Of a stretch of DNA of 64,000 bases, positions 53,501 through 64,000 are shown piece by piece. Source of the stretch: Ophelia neglecta (lineage: Eukaryota); the NCBI GenBank assembly GCA_965285935.1, contig OZ260663.1, positions 60,574,001 to 60,638,000 on the forward strand, written 5' to 3'. Made by a program: the position numbers and the translations under genes. The notes under the pieces are model-generated. The model was not told where the DNA came from. It did no database searches and saw nothing but the letters and a program-made list of their open reading frames with translations. How positions within the stretch are numbered: position 1 is the stretch's first letter; each line of letters starts with the position of its first letter.

Positions 53501-55886
53501 CATTATTTACAACAATAATATGGTACATGGATAGATGTATATATTTTATGAGCCAATATTTTGTCAATCATAGTAATCCATAATTATGCATGGTGATAAA
53601 GTTGTTCAATTAAAAGGCAAGCAAATGTCACTGGTAATTCATAGGTTAGCATATAAAGAGAAATCTCAAAGCCTTAACCAATATATTATCTATGAATTAT
53701 GTAATCTAGATACCACGTGGATCAAGACTTGATAGGTGGACAACTCAATATGCAACATTGCAATAGTCATAAATATTTGTCTAGTGCACTATTGCCTTCA
53801 ATAAAAATGAAACACACTGCATTGTTGCAAGTGTGATTTACATGTAGGAACTTTGTCAATTTTTAAAGTATCAAATTATTACACCATGAGAACGAATGTG
53901 CCATTTTTCCTCCTACCTCCAGGATGTATTGATGGTATATATATCACAAGCATATTGGCATATTGTGACCATTGACTGTTAAATTAAGGCAACAGATGGG
54001 GACCAGATTTCAGGTGACATCAGAATGTTTGGGCCTAAGAAAGGGAGAAGCAAACATTTTTTAAGACTGGTGTTTAGGTGTATGTATGTACATGTATAAG
54101 TTTGTGTGTGCAGGAGGGGGAGGATGGGTCACTGATACTCAATTAATTAGTATTCCCTAATACCTTGCAGGTCATATATTTTGTAAATGTTCACAAGCAA
54201 GCAACCAACAGTGAGTGATAGGTGGCATGTAAATGTTCAAATTAGTGTTGTGACCTACATTTATTCAAGAAGTTAACTCACTGCTATTGGTGAGATATCT
54301 CTTTACAGAAAACTCAGCAGTGCATAAGTTAAGGGCAAACTTACCCATATTATTGTCAAATCTACAGATCAATTCAAATTATTTAAAGGGTTCCCTTAAA
54401 GTAAATGCATGGATTTAAGTATCCCTGTATTCAAGCAGTGGCAAGACATGTAGGTGAGGGACTTAATGGTTCTTTTTCTATTGCTTAGATGCTTAAAAAC
54501 AGATGGCAACATATCTGCCTGCTTAATCCAGAACTTTGCAAAGGATTAACCTCCTCCTGCCAGAAAAAAATTAGTTCAGTATCTAAACCTATTTGCTTTT
54601 CTTTTTAAAGAAACTAAGGACTAATAGTCATGTTCCAAATGTTATGACTGCTTTGCTGTCTGAATAAATTCCCCTTTCCCAGCATTCAAAAGTTTTTGGT
54701 CAACATGTGACTACACTTGTTTAGTTTGGTTGTTCCAGGTCTTTGCCCACTGATTAGGGGACAATAATCTTCAGATAGGTTTTTCAGTTTGCCATTATTT
54801 CTGACCAGTAATGCAGCCCATTTCACTAGTTCCAAATGTCATTTTTACTGGTCAGATTTTCTGGAACACTGCATTAACGAATCAGTGTTCCCTGTAAAAC
54901 ATCTAGAAAACACATACACCCAGTTTGTTTGACCTGGTAGACATTTCTGACCAGTGAACTGGACTTTTTGAGCATGGAAATTTTGCAAATCTCATTTTCC
55001 CTATTGACAGTAGGAAATTTTGCTGCCCAGTAAGCATAAAGTGATGATCTGTATCACCATACACAGCTACAACACAATTTTGATGAACTCTCAATAATCA
55101 AGTTGCATGCTCTCCACTGCCCTCCACCCCCACCCCCTTTCTGCAATTACTCCATACATGTAGGAGTCCAATGGAGTATCACCACAGATAGAGATCAATT
55201 AAAGAGTTCATCCCCAGACCATTCTTCAACTCGGGCATGGTGCTCAGCCAATCCCAAATGCATGTGACCATCACTTCATTGTACAGTACTGGGTGAAGTT
55301 GCTGTCAAGATGCTTTCTTTTCTAAGTTTAAAAAAGTCAAATTAGAATCGCTCTGTAAGCTTTAAACTCAACCAAAATCAAGTACGTTTTCATCCGTCAT
55401 GTTTGCTGTATCACTAAGAATCAGAATCCCAAAACATTCCCCATTTAAGTCAGATAGTTAATTGACATTGGAGCAGTGAAAATGCTGATTAAGCATGTAA
55501 CCAGTGCTGAACCTATGGTGTTTCCCGGAGTGAAGTAGTCACAAATCAGCAGATATGAAGTAAGCTCGACTGCAACAATACCTGTCCTATGACAACCAAA
55601 ACCAATCTAACTTGCAGTGGCAATATTTTGCAATTCATTATTATTTTCCATTCCACAATCAATAAATATTCACTAAATATGGTTTTTAATGCTTAAGCAG
55701 TTGTCTGTCTTTTAATATCTATATAAGAGATAAATATGCACCTGGCATAGAGCCTTTAGCCTTTTGGCTTTCAACACTGACACCAGTGGGTTTGACATGA
55801 CGAAAATGACAGTGCGGCCTATCACACAGTCCACTCGCAAAATAGGGACACGTTGCCCCTCGAAAATAGCCAGACGACCTGAACAT
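35566..55886 (-). CDS. REXO1: RNA exonuclease 1 homolog (Elongin A-binding protein 1); 16 exons: 55886-55742, 52481-50848, 50088-49942, 49503-49420, 49040-48885, 48020-47835, 47673-47539, 47320-47077, 46691-46548, 46127-46014, 39619-39546, 39029-38916, 38480-38365, 37189-37051, 36762-36642, 35663-35566
   Basis: N-terminal [27 protein letters not shown]; EYDPKSNYS; [17 protein letters not shown]; CCRCG...EECNYHWG; DEDDh core [33 protein letters not shown]. Introns are phase-consistent GT-AG. Confidence 0.96.
37178..38123. repeat. 46-bp minisatellite, ~20 copies, spanning the REXO1 intron 13/exon 14 junction
   Basis: Unit CCTACAGCAGGAAGGGTAGAAATAAATAATATGTAATCCCACTA(C/A)A. One copy near 37665 has an internal deletion. 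Confidence 0.97.
40952..42334 (-). CDS. DEDDh 3'-5' exonuclease, PML C-terminal/Plex9-like, copy B (~301 aa); exons 42334-42241, 41763-40952; nested in REXO1 intron 10
   Basis: Exon 1 [31 protein letters not shown]|gtaag supplies ExoI. Exon 2 has [15 protein letters not shown] (ExoII), DSL, HEGISD (ExoIII) and the helical tail [11 protein letters not shown]...G..GL..LL. Confidence 0.88.
44111..45258 (-). CDS. DEDDh 3'-5' exonuclease, PML C-terminal/Plex9-like, copy A (~303 aa); exons 45258-45165, 44928-44111; nested in REXO1 intron 10
   Basis: Exon 1 [31 protein letters not shown]|gtgagt. Exon 2 has [24 protein letters not shown] and [11 protein letters not shown]. It has the same 94-nt first coding exon and phase-1 intron as copy B. 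Confidence 0.88.
53030..53285 (+). mobile_element. tRNA-derived SINE with conserved central core (Meta-SINE-like)
   Basis: A box TGGCGGAGTGG, B box GGTTCGAATCC, core CCTGCCAGGCGCTC...TATAATGTGACTGGGTGGGG...GGCAGCACT, and an A-rich tail. Confidence 0.85.
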
Positions 55887-56260
55887 TATTTCAATAGCCC
55901 ATTTTGCATACTCAGACAGGTCTTAAACACAAATAAAGTGATTGATTTTGGCTTAGAAAGTTGACGATTCTCCTTAGTTTCTCTGGTATTCTCCTGCACA
56001 TCTACATTTTCAGATTATCACAGCTCCGCACTTAAGTCTAGACCGGGCCAAAATATTATTTCAAAAAAGATTGTCTCAATTAAAAAAGGGAGAACTTACT
56101 TAAGGAACTAATGATTAAGTACGTCATCAAAAATGATATGTGCTTAAATGTAAGAGTTATTTATTTCTCAAAGGGTAAGTTTTATTTTATTTTGAAGTAT
56201 TTGGTATCCCACAATGCAGCTCGCTGGGTTGCAGAATAGAGAATGGCGGACGTAGTTCAA
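55887..56260. promoter_or_regulatory. Probable bidirectional promoter with ZNF143/Staf-like and YY1-like motifs
   Basis: It lies just upstream of the REXO1 ATG. TCCCACAATGCA occurs at ~56207-56218, AATGGCGG at ~56242 and a CRE-like TACGTCA at ~56120. Confidence 0.5.
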
Positions 56261-57349
56261 AAAGAAAACAACTACATGTGGTTTTAGTGGATCTTTATCA
56301 CATTTTAACATTTCTATGTTATCTTTTGAGGAGCAACAGTGCACCTTCTTTTATCAGAGGATTGGAGCAGGCGCTTTAAGGCATGCGTTACTGCCGCATG
56401 TAGAAGGTGAGGACCAGATAAACACCCTATCCAAATTTATTCGCTTCAGAAGATAGCTGAATGTTTCATCACGCAGATCAAGACCTACGTCAGATGTATA
56501 GATGTGTGGGTGGGGACAGGATAAATTTCTTTGTTTTAAACGACATAGCCTTACTTAATATTGTTTGTGGTGAGATTGCTAGAAAATAATGAGATTAATA
56601 AAACACTTGAAACCCTGCTTACTATTAGTATTATAGCTATCATAACATAATAGATTTGTGAAAATGATAAGTCCTCAATACATCAGTTTTTCAGCATACT
56701 ACTATCGCATTAACAGTTTACTACTATTGGGTACAAAATGGCACTAATTTTGAACGTGTGGCCATTGATTATAAGGTTCTAGCCAGTGGCAGATAAAGAA
56801 TTATATTCCTCTTTGGGGCCAATTGGTGTGAATCTGCTAGGCAAACACTCCCTCCAAGGGGGGGGGGGGGGGACTAAAGGGGACTAGCATTGGAACCCAT
56901 GCCCCCAAGATAAATCCCCCACTGCTAGCACATGTAAATTTGAAATATTCAATGGGGGAACAGCCCTCTCATTAATAGCCTGATCCGCAGAAACCATTCG
57001 GTCGGTATTAGTGTGCTTGGGTCTTGGGAATTTTTCAGGAATTCTTTTCACGAGTTTACTACTAGTATTAAGTTAGGAAATGTTTTTCTATGCCTCCTGT
57101 TACACATTTTTATAAAAATGTATTACATGTACAGTGCCTAAATTGACAGGGATGAAGTGCCTATGCCTGCCCATTCACTGATTAACTTTTCGGTTAAATC
57201 TGAAAATATTAATTGTCATGGCAATGGATATAAAATGTGACATGCCTTTTAAATGCAGTCTGACTACTTTAATATGTCAGTTAGGCCTTCTAAATTACTA
57301 TGGCGAGGGTACGGAAAAGTGTGTGCTGCAATTCCAATAGTGTTGTCAA

Positions 57350-57960
57350 GTATGACCTTGACCTACATTTCCAAGGTCAAAATGATAAAATCATGATTGT
57401 ATCCTTTATATTAGCAAAGCCTAGAAGTACAGTAGGCACCAATAGGAAACAACTTTATGCATTTTATTGAGCTCACCTATCTGACCTTGGTGTTCAATTC
57501 TTAAGGTCAGATTACTAAATTGATTTATTCAGCATTTATTGTAGCAGTTGGAGTCTAAAAGTATTTGGGAACCTATATGATGTCATTTTTTCCAGTGGTC
57601 CAATTTGATGTTCATTTTCAAGGTCAAATTACCAAAATGATAAATACAACCTGTGTTTTATCAGTTAAGAGCCTAGAGGCACATCAGGAACCGTAAAAAA
57701 CCACACTTTTTGCATATTATTGAGTTCTCAGATTTTATCATTACAAGGTCAAATTACAAAAAACGATGATTACTGCCTTTATTTTAGCAGTTAGAGCCTA
57801 GAAGTATGTTGGGAACCTATGGGAAACCATATTTCCGCTTTTTATTAGATTCTGCACTTTGATCTTGGTGTTCATTTTCAAGGTCATATTACAAGTATGA
57901 TGATTCTGCTTTCATCTTAGCAGCAATGTTCAGCCTAGCATTTCATTGAGAACCTATATA
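57350..57960. repeat. Degenerate ~125-bp tandem repeat containing CAAGGTCAAAT
   Basis: AAGGTCA(A/G/T)AT recurs at ~57372, 57503, 57619, 57744 and 57879, with shared GAGCCTAGA and GGAACC sub-motifs. Confidence 0.65.
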
Positions 57961-59910
57961 AAACCACATTCATTTGCTTCTTATAGAATTTCAGAATTTA
58001 TATATGTAGTTATATTTTCTTCCACAAGAGTGGTCTGTGTGGCAGTCATGTTTACTGTCCCTTTCAATTGGTGGGGGGCATACTTTTCTATCCAGCTTAT
58101 TTGTGTTTCATATTTGCACTGTATCTAGTCCTTATATGTAAAATATACTCGTTTTGGCAAGCTGACCAATCCATGCAATCGAATGTGGTTTTTTGTATTA
58201 TTTGCACACATCACCTATTCATGGGGTTTGTACAGTTGTAGCTGTTTAGTGATATGTAAAAAGTATAGTTTTGATGTTGCTCTAAAAAAAAGGCTAAAGT
58301 TATGTGTTTAGTCAACAATAAGAAGGGCAGGGGCTGTTTCAGCCTCCCCAACACTGTGTATTGCTGAAAATAAGATCATCTGTACCTCATGACATTAAAG
58401 CTACAGCTGAGGGTATAATTTCCCTCATTCACTAATAATCTAATAAAATAAAGGGCCTGATTTTGTCCTTCTTTTGTCTCAATCCCACTGGGTTCAGCTG
58501 TGAAATTTTGTCCGTTTGGCCGCAACACGTGACTCAACTGTCAACTGATGAACATAAGATTTAAAGTATTTAAATCTATGACAACTTGACAAGTGATGTT
58601 ACGGAAAGTGTTTGCTGTGAGTGGCATATTTTATCAAGTCTGTGCCGTGTTGCCTCATTAACATAGACAGTGACTGTTTTTAGCCTTGCTATTCAGATAT
58701 GTTCCTGTTTCTGGTTTTTTTATCCTTTGCCAGTTGTCAAGCACACGAAATGGGAAAAATTTTAGGATGCTGCCAGAAATTGTATTAAGTCAGGTTGTAC
58801 CCCAGTAGTTCATGCCAAGGATTACTAAAAGTCTTGTAAAACTTGCATTCTGCAGCTGGACAACTAATAAAAACAGTTGTAATGTGCGACTACCGGGTAT
58901 AATGAAATCTGTCAATTATGTACAGAAGTAGTATTACGAATCACTGTGTAACAGAGTTACTATTATAGCTGCTTCTCTTTTTTTAAGGGTAGATTAAAGA
59001 GAAATTCAGAAATTTGGCTGATTAGGCCTAGTTATTTCCCCGGATGGAGGTATCAAGAATTTTATGTTTTCGCCTCATCCCTTATCATCTGCCACTACCC
59101 ACAGATGCTTGTGCTAATGCGATAACTCAAAAAAAAATGCAAAGTTGAATTTTCTTATTTGCCACACAGACTGACCCCTAATAGGGGAAGTACTGATTTG
59201 ATTTTTCATGTCCCTGAGATTCCAAATTTTGACATCAGGGGAGTTTTATTGTAGAAATTCGATGTCATTAGCCATATCTGTGAAACTGTTTGATGAAATC
59301 ATGTCAAACCAAAACGGAGTAAAGTGTTAGATCCTGGAGATTTGAATTATTATGCATGGTGGACGTTGAATTTCCAAATTCTACTACTTTAAGGAGCTTT
59401 TAGTAAAAAAAATATTAACATTTTCCTTATGTCGGTTAAATTTTGGTTCATATTGATACAAATTAAATCTTAATGAATCCCTGTGATCTCAAAGATTCAT
59501 TTTGTGATGCACGAATACCCCTGAGGTTCCAAATTATTGACATTAGGGGCAGTTGTATTGTCAAAAATTGACGTTTCTTGCAATATCTCAAACTGTTTGA
59601 TGGAATCATTTTAAGTCAAAGCCAAATGAAGTGTTTGGTTTGTATTGTCATGCTTGAAGTAGCAAATTCTGCCTACAGAGGGAGCTTTTTGGTAAATCTC
59701 TCAGAGTACATACCTTTGCAAATACATACGCCTCATTTCTTTTGCTTTGCGCTATGGCCTGGAAATGGTAACATATGGCTGCCTGCCAAACTGTGAATGA
59801 CTGCCACCGCCCACAAAGACTTTTACATATACCACAAACTTGACTTGGATTATGATAGCTTATTTAGGGCAATATCCTTGCCACTTGATAAGTCTATATT
59901 TTTTTTCAGA

Positions 59911-61462
59911 ATGGCGACTGATTTATCAAACAAGGAAATTGAGGATGGGATAAAGAAAATCCTCTTTAGCAAGGATAACAATGACTTCAAGTGTGACCCT
60001 AACAATAGGGGTAAAACAGGTAAATCCACTGAAAACCAGGTGATAAGCTCAGACGTGGCCGAATCCACTACCGCCTCTCCTAGAAAACAGAAACGTAACA
60101 GGGATAGACCACGGAATAAATATGAAAAAGGGCAAGGTGGGAAGAGCTTGTCAGAGGAAAAAAGGCTAGATGAGCAGAAAGTATCTCAGGGTAAATCAGC
60201 ATCTGCTCAGGACAGAGTAGAGAGTCATCAAAGAAAAGATGGCACACCATCAATGGAAAACAAGCCCACACAGAAAGGAATGAGCCAGATGGACGCAAAT
60301 GGGGAGCTGACTGACAGGCCAGCATGTTCAGATAGTAAAAGGAAGAGAAACAGAGGCAAAAAGAAAAAGAGAGCTTGTGAAGGAAATGAGGTCAAAGCTA
60401 GTGTAGATGGCAGTGTCAGGCCTAAAGCCTCCCCCTCTCCAAAACCTGTGTGTGTAGAGAAAAGTAAAAAAATCAGCAAGGTGGAAGAAGCTTACAAACA
60501 AAACCTAGCCGGATTAGGTGGGTATAATTTTCTAAAGCTGTTATTCAATTAACCCTTAGTAAGTTTAACAATATCTTCTATGAATGCTAGACAGGTCAAA
60601 TTGAAATCTAAACATTTAGCCTGATTGGCTAAAACTAAAATTTTTGGAAGTGCTGCCAAATAAACTTTATATTACCCATTATCTCAATTTATAATTGAAA
60701 GTGCACTTTCATACTGTACTTCCAACTATTTGATGACCTTGGCTTGAAGTGCAAGTTTGCAAAACATTGACAATTTGATTGGGCCAAAAATTGTTGCTGT
60801 TTAATCCTAGGGAAGAAAAAATCCTTTGACAGGAACTCTAACTCTCTTAGTTTAAAATCTAAATTCACAATCTTCACTCCCCAGATATGCCAGGTGCTTG
60901 TCTACAAAGACCATGCTTACCTGTGGCTTCTCTTAATTAAGCACATTTAGTCGAGGCTTTGTCTGTGGCACTAATGTGAAGTATCAGCTAGGTACATGGA
61001 AAAAATAAAATGGAAGACCTTGGCACGAGCTAGACGTGCTGAAGGCCATGTTAACATTTGGTGTATAAACCAAAAGATGGCTGGAAATGACACAGGAATC
61101 ATGATTCTGTCACCAAAAAGGTTGTTTGTATATCATAAAAGATGATTCATTTTGTATTCTGATTGTAGACAGTGGCTTGCGAGGAGCCCTAATGACTTTG
61201 GCAATTAGGGCTTTGTGTTGTGATTCAGCCAAATCCAGTTTTCCTTAATAAAAAGGTAGAGGATTTAAATGACAGATAGACCATGTGAAAATGTTGTGTG
61301 TATAGGTGGATGTAGACACTTTGTTTTGAAGAGGAATAATTGAACTGCAATTATGTTTCAAAACTATATTTTCCAGCAAGTAAGACTCCACAGCTCCACC
61401 AGGAATCTAACCAGTCTGCAGCTGAAAACTTGGAAAAGGAGTATATTTACCCACTTAAGAAG
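59911..61462 (+). CDS. 5' coding exons (59911-60517, 61377-61462) of a gene continuing beyond the window; probably terminal uridylyltransferase TUT4/TUT7-like
   Basis: Acceptor ttttcag, then ATG and a long basic low-complexity exon, phase-1 spliced to ASKTPQLHQESNQSAAENLEKEYIYPLKK|gt. This resembles the QAEERLERDHIFRLEK segment before the TUT4 C2H2 finger. No catalytic domain lies in the window. Confidence 0.5.
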
Positions 61463-61645
61463 GTTTGTTGTGTATGACTCTATTTAATGATATTCAAGGT
61501 AGTAAGCCTAGTTTTGCTTCTTGTATGAGTACTTACCTAGTGCACTTTCTTACATGAATGTCTTCATAAAGTATTCATGTAAATTTGATAACGCTGATAT
61601 CAAAAGCTTTATTCTCATCTGCCTTTGATAGGTTATCCTCTTTAA

Positions 61646-63444
61646 GGGTATACCGAACCCCTACTGGATGTTAAATTTCATAATTGGGTGATTTTTGAAA
61701 ATGTACTGTTTTAGATAGAGCTTAATCTGCTCTATCCATTGGTGTTTTTTTTTTCATTCTTAGCATTTTATATTTTACTCAAAAAAGGATTTTTATTCAT
61801 GCCCATCAGCTAATTGTTTGTTTACAAACAAGACATGTTATGGTATTGTTAGCCACGTGACCATAGTGATCAGCCATGCATGACAAAGCATTAGCAATGG
61901 CAATTAGGCTCCTCCCCACTCTCACTGGATCACTGATAGTTGTGATAAACTGAATAATATGACCGGTGGGATACCTGTACATAATATGTTAGTGTGCCCA
62001 AGAAATCATTAATAGAACTCATGTAAAATGGCTCCAAGGAAGAGGCTGTGTCCAAATTTTCATATGACAATAAACTTGTCAATAATAGTATATAATAGGT
62101 CTACAGAATGTATAGCAAGCTTTGACATAGAGCCCGATGAAAACGACGACAAATACAGATAATTGCACTTCATGTACATGTAGTCTACGTGCTTTATTAT
62201 AGAGCGTGTGTGAGAAGGCAAGTACATGTATGTGAGCGATAAAACGTGAAACAAACGTTCCTAACTTACTACATGTATATTTATCGCCGAGAATTTCACT
62301 GTGTCAAATTCATCAGAGGCTAATCCATTCCTACAGGCACAGACCAGAGTTTATCCCACAATTGGCCGCAATCTAATTACAAATGATTGAAAAGGGTCTC
62401 TTTTTCCGTCCCATTCTTTAGGGATATCCCATCATCCGCAGTTATTTTGTATATGAAGTACACGGTATTTGCAATAATCAATCGATGTCTGAAGTCACAT
62501 ATTATTCTTTCGCTAATTAAATTCCAACTGACGATGCATGATTTATATTTGACAAAGTCGCTTAACTTATATAAACAGATGATCTGTCTGATACCACTAA
62601 TCTCCCCTACTTGGCTCCGCCCATAAGGGCTGACGCGACGGCATCACAGCCAATTAAAATGTGTCCGTGTGGCTCACCACGTGGAACTGAACGAGTGACA
62701 TTTCAACCGACTAAAACTCACCGACTAAACTCTCAAAATTACGCTTATGATTGGAAGAAAGAAAATGACAGTTTGTGGGATTGTAGGGGACTAAACTGCC
62801 CTAGTGGCTAGTGAAAAGGTGAGAATGCATTAAGCCAAATCCAGGCGTCCAAGTGAGAAATACAGTGTTCCGGCGCCTTCTTTGTTGATTAGCCGCGAAG
62901 ATGAGTTGGTGTAAATTGCAAGCTAATCATCATTTTCAAACAACGCTGGCCTCGTCAAACTTTAACCGATTTAAAATCCGCAAACGGTAACTTGTCAACA
63001 AAAGTTAGATCTAGTAAACGGTCATTCAGATTTTTTATAAGATTTTCCATCAATTAGTAATCAATCGCCAAAGTTGAAATAGCCATTAATGAGTACTATA
63101 TTAGATGACTAGTTACAAAGCCTATTTAAATCACTGGTTAGGAGAGGAATTTGGAAAATCTGAATGACCGTTTACTAGTTTACACTCTTAGGAACACATT
63201 GGGACAACTGTCACACTTGTAAATAATCTCAGTGGTTCATGGCAACCTTTGAAAAAATTACCTATATTTTCTGACAAAAAGTGCTACAAAGTCATAATTT
63301 TCAATTTTTTTTCAGGAATTTCCACTCATAGGTCTTTTGGTACCTAGTGGGCACTATATATTATGAAAAATGTGTTGTATATATTGTAATCGTCGACAAA
63401 AATCAATTATAACACTTTACATCAACTAGGGGTTCGGTATACCC
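61646..63444. mobile_element. Non-autonomous Kolobok-like DNA transposon
   Basis: TTAA TSDs (61642-61645, 63445-63448) and TIRs GGGTATACCGAACCCCTA.T.GATG. The purine-purine start with a TTAA target fits Kolobok. No coding capacity. Confidence 0.85.
63011..63178. repeat. Short inverted-repeat (MITE-like) insert within the Kolobok-like element
   Basis: CTAGTAAACGGTCATTCAGATTTT and AAAATCTGAATGACCGTTTACTAG form a perfect 24-bp IR around a ~120-bp spacer. Confidence 0.8.
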
Positions 63445-64000
63445 TTAAAACTTTTGTTGACACGAATTTACAAGTCAGTCTTGCAACTAAAAATGAACCA
63501 GACCTAACATTGTTAGGTGAAAATAATATTATTGCGTTGTATAAAGAAAAGATAGGCCTTAGTCACTAGACCGTTGATAAAGGATAATCCTGCCGCAGGC
63601 TAAAATGCATGTCATCAAACTTAAAACTAAGAATCCTGTAATAGACAGACCTAGATAATTATATGTTCACTACAAGCTCATGTAATAGGATTTCATGGTA
63701 ATAAGGAAAGTGTCATTTTGTCAGCCAACGGGATTGGCAGACAAACTCAAGTCTGATACCTGAAAAGGAAATCATAAAAAAAGTTGCCGGCAGCAAATAT
63801 ACAAATAACTTAAGAAGTAGATCAGGGTTTATGTTGGCAGATCTGTAAAGCAAGTAAATACAAAACTGAACAGCTTATTGAAGAAAAAAAACTTAGAATT
63901 GGAGCATCTGAAGCCACAAAAATTGAAGAAGAAAAATTCACACATTTTTGTCATTTGGGTGTTTGTTTTTAGCTGTTTTAAGCACATTTGTTTTTCGTTT

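Overview
This is AT-rich, intron-containing animal DNA. The SINE and transposon types suggest a lophotrochozoan-like invertebrate (inference). The window has two halves. (1) About 1-24.1 kb is a dense patchwork of decayed transposon fragments: DIRS/Ngaro-type YR retroelements, piggyBac, pogo/Tigger, EnSpm-like, ISL2EU-like SWIM/YqaJ, Sola2-like, Gypsy-like and solo LTRs. Nearly all of them are coded on the + strand. The one exception is a young, 5'-truncated L1/Tx1-type LINE with poly(A) and a 12-bp TSD. (2) About 24.8-64 kb holds host genes: TCEANC2 (-, 4 exons), a WD40/SOCS-box gene (+), a 16-exon REXO1 (-), and the start of a probable TUT4/7 uridylyltransferase (+), head-to-head with REXO1. 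The strongest leads are: two intact tandem PML-C-terminal/Plex9-like DEDDh exonuclease genes nested on the same strand inside REXO1 intron 10; the strand-biased TE field downstream of TCEANC2 with minus-strand splice signals, a candidate uni-strand piRNA cluster; and a 46-bp minisatellite that copies a REXO1 splice acceptor about 20 times, each decoy leading to an in-frame stop. All family assignments come from motif recognition by eye, without database searches.
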